A stretch of DNA of 63,775 bases, counting the filler, from Octopus bimaculoides (lineage: Eukaryota): NCBI RefSeq assembly GCF_001194135.2. It is 4 parts of 4 records of this genome, joined end to end, with 100 filler letters (N's around TTAATTAATTAA, not from the genome) between each part and the next. Parts side by side here need not be neighbours in the genome. Positions count along the whole stretch, not along the records: positions 1 to 25,923 come from NC_068987.1; 3 more parts are not named here. One strand, written 5' to 3'. Below the pieces are notes generated by a model. That model did not search any database. It had not been told where the DNA came from and saw only the letters and a list, made by a program, of their open reading frames with translations. The position numbers and the translations under genes are program-made. Shown here one piece after another: positions 1-11,687 of this stretch. Every line of letters begins with the position of its first letter. Position 1 is the first letter of the stretch.

Positions 1-132
1 CACACACACAGGGTTTTGGTCGGCCCGAGGCTATAGTAGAAGACACTGGCCCAAGGTGCCACGCAGTGGGACTGAACCCGGAACCATGTGGTTGGTAAGC
101 AAGCTACTTACCATACAACTACTCCTGTGCCT
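1..132 (-). mobile_element. tRNA-derived CORE-type SINE (family B), head and core, cut by window edge
   Basis: Reverse complement reads head ...ggtaagtagcttgcttaccaaccacatggttccgggttcagtccc then CORE-like ggcaccttgggccagtgtcttc; homologous to copies at 3733, 6537, 11688, 19165 and 30415. Confidence 0.8.
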
Positions 133-1110
133 ATTAGAACAAACTTTGCGCCTTGAGAACAAACTTTGCATAAATTTAGCGCATGCGCAGATCCTCATGA
201 GTAATTCTGTGTACAGTTACCACACCAACTCTAAACTATATTCTTATTGCCTTTCTAAACACACGATGGTCTTCACCCAGGAAATTGCGAATTTTCTCAA
301 TCAGCTCTGATGGTCTGACTTCCCCCATTTCTCTCTCTCTCGCACACTCCTCTCATGGTTTCTCACTTCCTCTCTACCATCTTTGAAACTCTTATACCGG
401 TGAAAACCAGATGCTTAGCTCATACAAATTAATCCATAAGCAGTTTGGAGCATTTCATAAGTTCCTCTAGCATTTTTGCCCAGTTCAACACAAAATTTTA
501 TAGCATTGTCTTCACGTCCCAACTGTATTCCGCAAACTAGTCAGCTGTGACAAATAATGTTTCCTAGGGTGTATCAAAATGTTGCTACAGCGTCTTCTTC
601 AATCTGGAATAACAAAGGTTGACAGGTCAGCTTATTAGATGTATAGTAATGGTATAATAAAATTACAATAATCTAGTAAAGTTATAACTTTACTGTCTCG
701 CCTAAAAAAGTCGCAAATCTGGAGTGTACCTTGAATATAAACTTATATGTATGTGCTTATTGTGTATTTAATTATATTATATATATAATACACACACACA
801 TACACGCGTTATATATTATATCTATATATGCATCCATCAATACAATACAAATACATATATATTTAATAGTAAACTGTCAAAAAAGATACCTGCGAATATT
901 TCATAACGATTCAAACGCAGTTTGAAAAAACGTGAAATGTCTGCCAAATTTTTTGTCCATTGTGCGACACATGATTTCAGAAAATCGCAAGTGATACGAA
1001 GTAAATTGACTTTTGATAGATGAAATTGTTGTATTCATTGTTTCCCTCGTATCTTGTTTATTTAATGATGTTCTAGAAACACTCTCTTGTGTTGATATAT
1101 ATATATTTAT

Positions 1111-1380
1111 TAATAAATCTCAGGGTAGCAAAAAAATTTAGAAATTCTTTTTGCTACCAGTGGTCTAGCGAGAAGAAAAAAACTAGTCAATAGACTATAT
1201 ATTATTCATATAAATACATACAGTGTACATTTAAACACATAAAAGAGATGTCCATAATAGGACATCTAACCCGCTAGAAGGAGCAGTTAAACTCCAAATC
1301 ACAATTAGGGATAATTTCGAAAGGGAATGAAAATAAAAACATTTACCATCTATTTCTTGAACTATGGTTTCAAGCTATTC
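1111..1380 (+). mobile_element. MITE-like element, copy 1 (left ~45-bp TIR intact)
   Basis: Starts taataaatctcagggtagcaaaaaaatttagaaattctttttgcta; 1237-1378 is the reverse complement of 1640-1779. Confidence 0.6.
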
Positions 1381-1592
1381 TCAACAAAATAAAATAATTT
1401 GCTAGGCTATCTATCATCAGCAGGAAAGCCAAGATTAACATATAAACACGAGACAATATATAGAACATGCCTTGTGCTTATATGTTATAATTTTTCATAT
1501 CTACCGCGCATGTGCGGTTTTCTTATCGGCAGCAAATACAAAAGATGCCGATTTTCTTCCAGAAATTAGCCAATAAATCATTATATCATTAT

Positions 1593-1779
1593 TAATAAAT
1601 CTCAGTGTAGCAAAAAAATTTAGAAATTCTTTTTGCTGAAATTAGCTTGAAAACATGGTTCAAGAAATAGATAGTAAATGTTTTTATTTTTCATTCCCTT
1701 TCGAAATTATCCCTAATTGCGGTTTGGAATTTGACTGCTCTTTCTAGCGGGTTAGATGTCCTATTATGGATATCTCTCT
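1593..1779 (-). mobile_element. MITE-like element, copy 2 (inverted, runs into gap)
   Basis: Same terminal 45-mer followed by the reverse complement of the copy 1 interior, which implies the family has TIRs. Confidence 0.6.
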
Positions 1780-2199
1780 TNNNNNNNNNNNNNNNNNNNN
1801 NNNNNNNNNNNNNNNNNNNNNNNNNNNNNNNNNNNNNNNNNNNNNNNNNNNNNNNNNNNNNNNNNNNNNNNNNNNNNNNNNNNNNNNNNNNNNNNNNNNN
1901 NNNNNNNNNNNNNNNNNNNNNNNNNNNNNNNNNNNNNNNNNNNNNNNNNNNNNNNNNNNNNNNNNNNNNNNNNNNNNNNNNNNNNNNNNNNNNNNNNNNN
2001 NNNNNNNNNNNNNNNNNNNNNNNNNNNNNNNNNNNNNNNNNNNNNNNNNNNNNNNNNNNNNNNNNNNNNNNNNNNNNNNNNNNNNNNNNNNNNNNNNNNN
2101 NNNNNNNNNNNNNNNNNNNNNNNNNNNNNNNNNNNNNNNNNNNNNNNNNNNNNNNNNNNNNNNNNNNNNNNNNNNNNNNNNNNNNNNNNNNNNNNNNNN

Positions 2200-2247
<48 letters not shown>

Positions 2248-3502
2248 ACATGAATACTAGCATCACTTTGTCAAGTGAGGGTTCTGCAAGACAGAGCTGC
2301 ACAAATTGGCGCTGGTGTCTTTGTTTGCTCAACAACTTTCACGATGAATATCATTAAAATGGACATGACTTCCGTAAAGCCTCGTCCTTCAAACTTGCAT
2401 TGGTCTGATACAATAAGTACCAAAAGTCCAGTATAAATCCGGACGCAGGGTTTGTATGGAGTTATCTTCTCTTGGATGAGCAGCAAAAAAGCTGAAGGAT
2501 TTCAGTTGCCCTGGGTCTTTTGCGGTGTTTGTGCAAGACCTTCTTCCGGGGCAATTCCGTGATAAACCGATTAACCACAGCCGAGATCGTAACTACCTCT
2601 GGTCAGAGTAGATCTGGGGACAATAGTGGTTAAGAAGTGGTTCCAGACTCTTCAAAACCAAAACTCCCGAACCAGGGCCCCAGCACCAGATGCAGTGCGT
2701 GTGTGTGTATGTTTAAACAAGAAACAAAATGTTTTATCTAAAGAAGTGACTCAATAGAAATGCTGACAACTTTTCGAATTATACAGAAGATAAAACAAAC
2801 AAAACAGCGCTTTTAAGTAAAGTCCAATTGTTTGTAAAAAGAAGGAAAGTTCATTAAATTTGTGAGTAAAAGGTTTAGAAAGAATTTCTGAATTTCGGTA
2901 ATCCAAACATAATAGCGGCATCACTAACAAAAAATCTAATAGGCACAATGGATTTTGTTTTTCAAACACAGTTAAATTCAATGAAGAAAGTAATAAAAGA
3001 TTTCGGCGAAGAGTCTGAGAATACAATCATATGAGATTATGTTTCCAACAACGGTGTGAAAAGAGTTATATTTAATAAAGGTGTGGACCTAAGTAATGAG
3101 GCAAACAGCGAATTTAATTGATAATCTAAACTTGATAGTTCTAGCATTTAAGGATTTCATTGTTGTATGTTGTTTGAATATAAGTTGTCAAGGGGAAATA
3201 ATAATAATAACAATAATGATAATAATAAAATTAGAGAAACTACAAAGTTACCATACGGTTAGCAAATTTTAATAAAATCGAAAACTTATAGAAAATCAAA
3301 AATATATATTGATGAAAGAATGAAAATATCACGAAAAAATAATACTAGAAATGAAAATAGTTATATAATTGTAAAATAATACCATTGTTAAGTAAAGGAC
3401 AGAATGTTTACTACTTAATATAAAACAAATTGTATGTGAATTGAAGCTATTTTGAATGGAATCTATTTGAAATAATTTGTATAATATACATATATAATAA
3501 AG

Positions 3503-3720
3503 GGCGGTGAGCTAGCAGAATCGTTAGCACGCCGGGTGAAATGTTTAGCGGTAATTTGTCTGCCGTTATGTTCTGAGTTCAAATTTCGCCGAGGTCGACT
3601 TCGCCTTTGATCCTTTCGGGGTCGATAAATTAAGGACCAGTTACGCACTGGTGTCGATGTAATCAACTTAATCCTTTGTTTGTCCCGTCTATGTTTAGCC
3701 CCTTGTGTGCAATAAAGAAA
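3503..3720 (+). mobile_element. tRNA-derived SINE family A (Meta/Sauria-like central domain)
   Basis: Head ggcggtgagctagcagaatcg (A-box-like) and gagttcaaattt (B-box-like); body gaggtcgacttcgcctttgatcctttcggggtcgataaattaag; many copies in the window. Confidence 0.85.
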
Positions 3721-3732
3721 TATAATATATCT

Positions 3733-4172
3733 TTTATTTGTTTCAGTCATTGAACTGCGGCCATATTGGGGGTACTGTCTTGAATGGTTCCGTCGGACTA
3801 ATCGACCCCAGTATTTATGTTTTTCTTAAAACTGGTACTTATTTTATCGGTGTCTTGCCGAACCGCTAGTCTTGGGGGATGTAAACAAAGCAACACCTAT
3901 TTTCAAGTAGTGGTAGTAGACAAGTACAAACAGACACACAATAAGACATACGCACATATCCGTATGTATAAATACACACACACACACATACATACACATA
4001 CATATACGACGAACTTACACACAGTTTTCGTCTACCAGATTCACCCACAAAGTATTAGTCCACCTCAAGCTATAGTAGAAGACATCTACTCGAAGTGCAG
4101 CAGAGTGGGGCCGACCCAAAGCCACACGGTTGCTAAACGAGCTTCTGAACCACACAACCATGCCGGTGCCTA
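3733..4172 (-). mobile_element. CORE-type SINE family B, near full length, diverged
   Basis: Head, core, internal (CA/TA)n and tail aligned by eye to 19165-19590 and 30415-30862. Confidence 0.8.
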
Positions 4173-4659
4173 AAACTACCACATGGCAGCACATCGCTTA
4201 TAAACTTGAGAAACATAACGAAATTAAATAATTAAGTCAAGTGTTCATTTTCTTGAACTAAAAGGTGGTTAAACTAAACAAAAGTTCAACGTGAAAAAAA
4301 AATCATTATAAAATATAGCGTTCATTATGTAGGCTGCGAAGAATCCAGGTTAACGTTCTTCGAGTATTAATTAATTGTTCGACAAAAGGAATTGAAATTA
4401 CTGCTTTAAGGAGAAGACGTTTTAGCAGACATGCTATTAGAATCGAAGAAAGAAGGCCAACGTTATAGAGAAGGTTAATTCCCGATAATCGCTTAAAATA
4501 CGAAGATCAAGGAAATGCTTTTAAAAATCGATTTTATGAGCCAAGTAAGAAAGATGAGAGACGTAAAACGAAAGATAACTAATGAAAATAAAGATAAAAA
4601 TAAAAATATATAAATATATATACATGCATGTCTCTGTCTGTCTGTCTCTCTCTCTTAAT

Positions 4660-4788
4660 GTACTTAATTTATCGACCCCGAATGGATGAAAGGCAAAGTC
4701 GACCTCGGCGGAATTTGAACTCAGAACGTAATGGCAGACGAAATACAGCTAAGCATTTCGCCCGGCGTGCTAACGTTTCTGCCAGCTC
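4660..4788 (-). mobile_element. SINE family A
   Basis: Reverse complement of the family A head and central domain (gtcgacctcggcggaatttgaactcagaacg). Confidence 0.85.
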
Positions 4789-5132
4789 GGATACATATTG
4801 ATCCGAGCACGTATATATACCCAAGGTGTCGCCAAAATATTGACATCATTTGAAATGTGTACATCTGAGTAACTACATGTCCTAGGGAAACAAAATGAAA
4901 TAGGCTTCATGTTGAACAATAAAAGATTTATTTATCAAAATCCGAACAAAAGATTCAGAAGGATGTAGATTTTATAATCGACTTTACAAATCTTCACAAA
5001 TGTTCAATATGTTCCCCACCTGTGATACGACACACGTTATGTCGGTAGTCTAGCTACTGCCAAACAACGTTGTAGCATACATTATTTACATTATTTACAT
5101 TTGACGGATATTTGTCCTCATTTTGTCTTGTT

Positions 5133-5178
5133 AACAGAACGTTTCGGCTGATATACCTTCCAGCCTTCATCAGGTGTC
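5133..5178 (-). ncRNA. Minimal type I hammerhead ribozyme motif (PLE-type)
   Basis: GACAC-CUGAUGA-A-GGCUG(loop)CAGCC-GAAAC-GUU-CUGUU; catalytic core intact, palindromic ACGU in place of stem III, one stem I mismatch. Confidence 0.7.
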
Positions 5179-5229
5179 TTGGAAAAATTTCGAACCTGGG
5201 TCTCATTCCTAAAGTATTTTTCGATGTTG

Positions 5230-5300
<71 letters not shown>

Positions 5301-5822
5301 TAGCTTTATTTTTATAACGTGTTTTCACTTCACTACCGAGCGCAGCTCTGTGCGCCTTGGGTATGTGCTGTGGTTTGCTGTGGTGCTCTTATGGTTAAGT
5401 GTTTCNNNNNNNNNNNNNNNNNNNNNNNNNNNNNNNNNNNNNNNNNNNNNNNNNNNNNNNNNNNNNNNNNNNNNNNNNNNNNNNNNNNNNNNNNNNNNNN
5501 NNNNNNNNNNNNNNNNNNNNNNNNNNNNNNNNNNNNNNNNNNNNNNNNNNNNNNNNNNNNNNNNNNNNNNNNNNNNNNNNNNNNNNNNNNNNNNNNNNNN
5601 NNNNNNNNNNNNNNNNNNNNNNNNNNNNNNNNNNNNNNNNNNNNNNNNNNNNNNNNNNNNNNNNNNNNNNNNNNNNNNNNNNNNNNNNNNNNNNNNNNNN
5701 NNNNNNNNNNNNNNNNNNNNNNNNNNNNNNNNNNNNNNNNTATTCAGGTCACTGCCTGGAATCGAACTCGGAATCTTGGGGTTAGTAGCCCGCGCTCTTA
5801 ACCACTACGCGATATTCAGTGA

Positions 5823-5890
<68 letters not shown>

Positions 5891-5934
5891 TCAAAAAATA
5901 AGGAATGAGAACCCAGGTTCGAAATTTCCCCCAA

Positions 5935-5980
5935 GACACCTGACGAAGGCTGGAGGGTATACCAGCCAAAACGTTGTGTT
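5935..5980 (+). ncRNA. Minimal type I hammerhead motif, G12A variant
   Basis: GACAC-CUGACGA-A-GGCUGG(loop)CCAGCC-AAAAC-GUU-GUGUU; stems I and II pair, GAAA changed to AAAA. Confidence 0.6.
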
Positions 5981-6452
5981 AACAACAAACAAGATGAAGA
6001 CAAATATCCGTCAAAATGTAAATAATGTAAATAATGTACATAATTCCTCATCTCTTAAATATAGAACTGTACGTTGTAGCGCATCTTGCATAACATTCTC
6101 TAACACCTCAGTGATTCTCTGTTTGAGTTCCTCTAGACTTGTAGGAAGAGGGAGATATAAACCAATCCTTTCACATAGCCCCTTAAAAAAAAATTCGCAA
6201 GGTGTCAAGTCAGGTGAACGTGATGACCATTTCAACAGCACATTGTCATTATCACAAGCATGCTCGATCCAAACTTAGATTTTACACATTTTGTTAAAAT
6301 TTGAGATCATTTGAGCGAGAATTGACTGTTATTTGACTCCGAAATGATGTCAATATTTTTGGGACACCCTGTATATAAAACTCACCGGTTGTCAAGTGTT
6401 GTGCAGTGAGATCAAACACAGATATATACACATATACATATTCACAAATATA

Positions 6453-6490
<38 letters not shown>

Positions 6491-6532
6491 TCTGTCTGTC
6501 TCTCTTTCTCTCTCCCCCTGTATCTATCTATC

Positions 6533-6536
<4 letters not shown>

Positions 6537-6570
<34 letters not shown>

Positions 6571-6727
6571 ACGGGCTTCCACAAAGTGTGTGCCTACCAA
6601 ATCCACTGACATGGCATTATTCGGGCCGAGGCTATAGTGGAAGACTCTTGCCTCAGGTGTCACGCAGTGTGAGTCACATAACAACTTGATGGCTGTTATG
6701 TGAGCTTTTTAACTACACACGCACTCC
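6537..6727 (-). mobile_element. CORE-type SINE family B, partial
   Basis: acgggcttccacaaagtgtgtgcctaccaaatccact...ggccgaggctatagtggaagactcttgcctcaggtgtcacgcagtg matches other B copies. Confidence 0.7.
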
Positions 6728-6880
6728 TAAAGAATTTTAAGAAGCGACTGTGGAAGATTTCTTGCATTCAGTATTGGGACAAATTAATAAGTCTAAAGGA
6801 TTTCAATGATTGGAATATTTCCCTGTAGAGAGAAATTAATTCAGAATATTTATTTGAAAATGAAACATACACGCAAGCCT

Positions 6881-7003
6881 TAAAACGTAAAAATGAGACG
6901 TAAACGTAAGATTTAAAACGTAAAAATAAGACGTAAGTGTAAGCTTTAAAATTTAAAAGCGAGGCGTAAACGTAAGCTTTAAAACGTAAAAATGAGACGC
7001 AAA
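6881..7003. repeat. ~34-bp tandem repeat, about 3.5 copies
   Basis: Unit close to taaaacgtaaaaatgagacgtaaacgtaagcttt repeated directly. Confidence 0.75.
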
Positions 7004-7781
7004 CTGAACCCTTTATTAGTGTATAGGTGGCAGGGTTATGGAAAAACTAAATTATGCAGGAATTATTGAAAAAAAAAATGGTTTATTAAGATTCCCTAAC
7101 ACCATATAAGTAAGGATAATATAGTAACTGACTTACTGAAATTGTTGAATAAATGAATGAATAGGCTTGTGTTATTGTTTTTATTTGATTTGTAGCATGT
7201 TTTTATTCGCAATAGTATTCACCCAAGCAATGGATACTCTAGTGACAATATGGAAGTTTTGTTTAATTTAGCTCGAATAGAATCCAATATATTTTTGATT
7301 ACTATTCCGAGTTCTGTTTTAGAAGAGTTATAAGTCTGATAGAAAGATCGTTATGCAAATTATAACCTTTAAAATATTTCGATCTTCAATTTCACAAAAA
7401 ATTATTGCTCATCTTAACGTTTATTTTGTTTTTGAATCTTCATGAAATAGGGGTGTTTTTTCTTTTAAATTTGATATTTTTTTTATCAAGAGAAATAGAT
7501 CGTTTTCAAGTGTGTAAAAAAGTATATTTCGGTGTTTCTCTGCCATGTTTGTTTCTAGGAATGTTCTCAAGTAAGAAGTTTCGGAAAAAGTAAGTTCTCA
7601 AATTCATTTGACAAAATGTTTGGTTTGCTGAAGGAAAAGCACGGATGACAGTCTTTGAGATGATGTAGGAATATATTTTTTTAAAGAAACTCGCGTGTTG
7701 TTGCATCAACGCGGTCTTATTCTATGTTCACAAAAGTTTTCGCTTCGAAAGAGACGAATATTTCTCTCGAAATGATTAACT

Positions 7782-7945
7782 TGATATTGGTTTCAAATTT
7801 TGGCACAAGGCCAGCAATTTCAGGGGTGGGACTAAATAGTTTACATCGACTCCAGTGTTAAACTGGTACTTTATTTTATCAACCCCCGAAAGGATGAAAG
7901 GCAAAGTCGACTTCGGCAGAAGTTTGAACTCAAAACGTAAAAACC
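7782..7945 (-). mobile_element. SINE family A, 3' part
   Basis: ggatgaaaggcaaagtcgacttcggcagaagtttgaactc plus tail ggcacaaggccagcaatt. Confidence 0.75.
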
Positions 7946-8019
7946 GATGGAATTCTGCCAAGTATCTTATCCGGAGCTCTAAGGGTTTTGACATCTCACC
8001 GCCATAACTTATGTTATAC

Positions 8020-8213
8020 GGTGAACTGGCAGGATCGTTAGCACTCCGCGCAAAATGCTTAGCGGCAAATTGTAAGTCTTTACGTTCTGAGTTCAAATTC
8101 CGCCGAGGTCGACTTTGTCTTCCATCCTTTCGGTGTTGATAAAATAAGTACCAATTGAGTACTGGGGTTGATGTAATTGACATACTTTCACACCCGAAAC
8201 TGCTGGTCTTGTG
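8020..8213 (+). mobile_element. SINE family A
   Basis: gtgaactggcaggatcgttagcac...ttctgagttcaaattccgccgaggtcgactttg. Confidence 0.85.
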
Positions 8214-11150
8214 CGATGTATGCATTTGCTACCTCAGGGATAACTTCGTCTCTGCCTAGTTCTAAGTGAGGCTAGCCACCCTGCTCGTCACCTCTCCCCA
8301 GTTCTTGCTCACCTGGAGATCTGGACCTATCCAGACCCTGAGCAATTTAACCGGTCCTTCCGTCCAGTGCCCTACGACGCTGTCAGACGATGTGTCTCTG
8401 CCGAGCTGCAGATCCACCGACTTCTGATTAATCTTTGCACAGCTTCGTACTCCTTTAAGGTAGTCCCGATTTCCGAGATATCCGACATTATTACGGTGAC
8501 GTCGTCCACATAAGCCGACACGAACCTTCCGCATCCTAGTTCACGTAGTATGTCCCTCGAAATATCCAACTTCATTAGTAATGACTCAAGATCCAGCTCG
8601 TACAAAAGGGGCGAGAATGGGCATCCGTGACGGACCGAACGTGCGATGATAAACTATTCTCATTGACGGCCATTTACTTTGACCACCAAACAGATGTCGC
8701 CACACACTACTGTGATCCAGGCTCTGAAAACAGGACCGAAAGCGACCTCTGCGAGGACAACCTCCAAGTATTGATGGTCGAGCCTATCAAAAGCTTTTGA
8801 TTGATCCAAATTCATCAAGGCCTCACCCATGCCAGATTCCTTATCTACCCTCTCTATGATGTAACACTTGCGGTGGAGGTTGTCGGGGTTGTATCTGTTT
8901 CGGGATAGCGTATATCTGTTTGTCACCGCCAAGCTTATCGACACGTGCCAACCTCTTGGCTAGCACCTTGGCCAAAATCTGTGTTCACCAGAGATTTGAG
9001 CCTAAAATTGTCTACTTGACCCCCCCTTGTTCGAGTCCTTCCTCAGCAGTACCGCCGCACCACAGCTCACAGCACTGGAAATTCATTCTCGCGTCCTGCT
9101 GTTAGTTGTGGTAGACATCCGCTAAGAGATCTCCGAACAAGCCTGGCATATGAAAATAAAGTTCGAAGGGCCGACTATGTAGCCCCGGAGACATCCCTTG
9201 TGCAGCTCGTCATCGTGTCCCGTATGTCTTCGACATTTTGAAGAACTCCAAAAGGCGGGGGCATACTGTCGAAGTAGGACGTGAAATCCACCTTCGTCTT
9301 CGACTCATTGCGTGCTCCTTACAGTTAGGCAAAGTGCTGCTGAAATTCCGCACACATCAGCTGTGATTCGAGTAGCATGAACCTGTCCAATCCCATTAAA
9401 AATCGAATTGTGGCCTTTCTGTCACGCGCACTTCTTCCACACGGTCCCATCGAACGGCTTTTCTTCCCTCTTAGCGCATGCGCCCTAGCTCTGACAACGC
9501 AATCTTCGCACTTGATATTGAAGAATTGATCAAGAGCCAATCTCGCCGCCAGCAGGTCGGTTGCTATACCACTCTAAGCGCCTCTTCCAGTTTCCTAACT
9601 AGGTCACTGTCTATCTTAGATTCCTTTAGCACTATTTCATTACTAAACCCTACTGCTTCTACTCACATTGCCTATTTCATGGAAATCCTCTTCCGATGGA
9701 CTAACTTGCTAACCCGGTCTCTGAATGCTTCACGCAACGAGAAGGATGCGTTCAGGTTCCAGTATCCAGGTCCTTGCCTATGGATACTTTCCATGTCTAC
9801 TGTACAGATCACAAATTTCGGAGTTCTTGCTGCTTTTGCTGTTCCTGTTTTTGATGATGTTGTTGCCGAGGTTGTTGCCGCTTTTGTTGTTCACCGTCGC
9901 TGATTTAATTGTGGTTGTTGGGGATCTGGTGTTGGCAGAAAAATGATTCTGCCGTTCTCTGTCTTTTATTCGGAGTAGAAAGGTCTCAAGTATCCAGACA
10001 TCTCACACCGGTGGCACTGTGGATTTCTACCTTCAACCATAACGTACAGCTCTTCCTCTTCCAGAATGCCAATTAGTTTCGGGATCTTGTGAATCGAGCC
10101 TGGTTTGATGTGGAGTAGCACTTCCACACAAACCTCAGACCAATTTTTACGACGGGTCTGCTTCACCTCCGAGAAGCTGTTACTCCTTTCCTATACGATA
10201 CACGCGAAAATCCACCATAAATTTACTTCCGGTGAAATCCCTCAAATCTTTATCCCTTCCATCCTCCTTTCAAAATACAATGGATGCAGTACATCTTTTT
10301 TGCTCCGACAGGGAACCATGGAGTATTTGGCGGTCAAAGCTTCTGTTCTGAAGACGCTGAAATGCCTGCAAACTGCTTGGCACTCAAGATATGCTGAATG
10401 TCGGGCATTCAGTGCACCTTCCTCATCTGCCTGACGAGCCGTCACCGGCCGCTTTCTGTTTATAGAAACACATTTATAAATTACAGTTTTTTTGTGTTTC
10501 TGCCAATATCTCGATAGGGATAGCAATGTCCACCTATACTTCTTCCAGCCATATCAGTTTGACCGCTTGGACCAGGCATATATCCCTTTGCAGGATGTCC
10601 ATCCTGTACAGGTCTTTGTTTTTCGCAGCCGTTGTTGCGAATGTATTGCTGTTGTTGTTGTTGTCGTTATTCACAATGGAAATATTGTTGCTGTTTTAGT
10701 TTTTACGGTTACTGTTGCTTTTGTTTCTTCCCTATCATAATTTTTGTTGTTGCTGTGATGGTGGTGGTGGATTAGGTAATGGCCGTGCTCGTCATCTTAT
10801 TGCTGATGTTGTTAGTGGATGTTTTTGGCCTTTTCTCATTTATTGCGAGGAATTCAGCTTCATAACTGGAATTAAATACCCGTGCTGTATTATCGTTGTT
10901 GCTGCTGTTTGTTGTCAGAGCGGTAGCAGTTTGGTCCACTGCACTTTGAACGAGGTGAGATTCCAACCCCACTTCTATTTGAGGGTAGAAGGCAGAGAAT
11001 TGTGAAGTGTCTTGCAACTCACTGTCAAAGCTACATCTTACTTCCTCTTCTATGTCTTTTAGCAAAACTGGCATCACCATATGTAATTATAAAGTTATTT
11101 GTTCCAAAACAAAGTGAAATTTTTTTCGAAATTGCGCTCCCCAGAGGGGC
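8205..11150 (-). mobile_element. Decayed Tx1/L1-clade non-LTR retrotransposon (ORF1 + partial ORF2 RT), many frameshifts
   Basis: Minus-strand peptides: ORF1 VMVEGRNPQCHRCEMSGY (decayed CCHC knuckle); ORF2 KCEDCVVRARAHAL, ILAKVLAKRL, LDQSKAFDRLDH, SAYVDD (YADD-type motif), VKLLRVWIGPDL. Confidence 0.85.
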
Positions 11151-11687
11151 ACAAACAAACTAACAAACCAAATTTGTGCAATAGTGATGGTTTTGATAAG
11201 CGTTTTGTAACAAAATAAATAGTTAACACCTTTTGGAAACACAAATTAAATTATTAAACTTACGAGCACGAAGAAAACACGCACGTTTCCAGTACAAATA
11301 ATAATAATGATAATAATAATAATAAAAAATAAGAGATATAGTTAAATTCGTATAAAATTACGTTTTCAACAATAGCATGAAAACGTTGGAGAGCTCTGCT
11401 ATTCGACAAGAAAGCAATGAGAGATTTTAATTAAATCTACATTATTGATCAAACAAAATCAACTCTTACCTAAGTTTTCGGGTTTGAGAAATCTAAAAAT
11501 CGAAACTTTCTACAAAATATCAAATTGTAAGGCGACTGTTGATCAGACGATAAGAGAACTGTACGAGAATGTCAAAATTGGTAAAAATAATAGGTTTTCG
11601 GTTTACAAAAGTAATATTTAATGTTGATAAGATCAGTCTATTTATGAACAAAACGCCAAACGAAACTTTTGTATCAAAAAAGTAGAT

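Larger units (their letters stand above)
5077..6070. mobile_element. Head-to-head composite retroelement: tRNA-like head + (AAT)n + hammerhead-bearing PLE-like tails
   Basis: Arms 5079-5300 and 5822-6040 are reverse complements; minus-strand tRNA-like head at 5741-5810 (gcgtagtggttaagagcgc...gagttcgattcc); ACGTTGTAGC duplicated at 5067-5076 and 6071-6080; a 335-N gap lies inside. Confidence 0.75.
4820..6371 (-). mobile_element. Internally deleted Tc1/mariner-superfamily DNA transposon, split by a ~1 kb insertion
   Basis: TIRs ccaaggtgtcgccaaaatattgacatcattt (4821-4851) and its near reverse complement aaatgatgtcaatatttttgggacaccctg (6342-6371), TA-flanked; transposase C-terminus WSSRSPDLTPCEFF...ELKQRITEVLENVMQDALQR (about 6070-6240) continues as VWQ*LDYRHNVCRITGGEHIEHL* (about 4995-5070). 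Confidence 0.85.

Noticed and set aside
1691-2357. Long ORFs spanning N gaps (also at 5179, 13560, 15164, 37117, 45660, 47342, 49570, 57534, 58606)
   Set aside because: Open only because N codons are not stops; flanks are microsatellite translations
5741-5810. Possible tRNA-Ser gene; likewise tRNA-Arg-like sequences at about 18125-18200 and 59790-59850
   Set aside because: No complete acceptor stem and each continues into a repeat body; these are SINE heads
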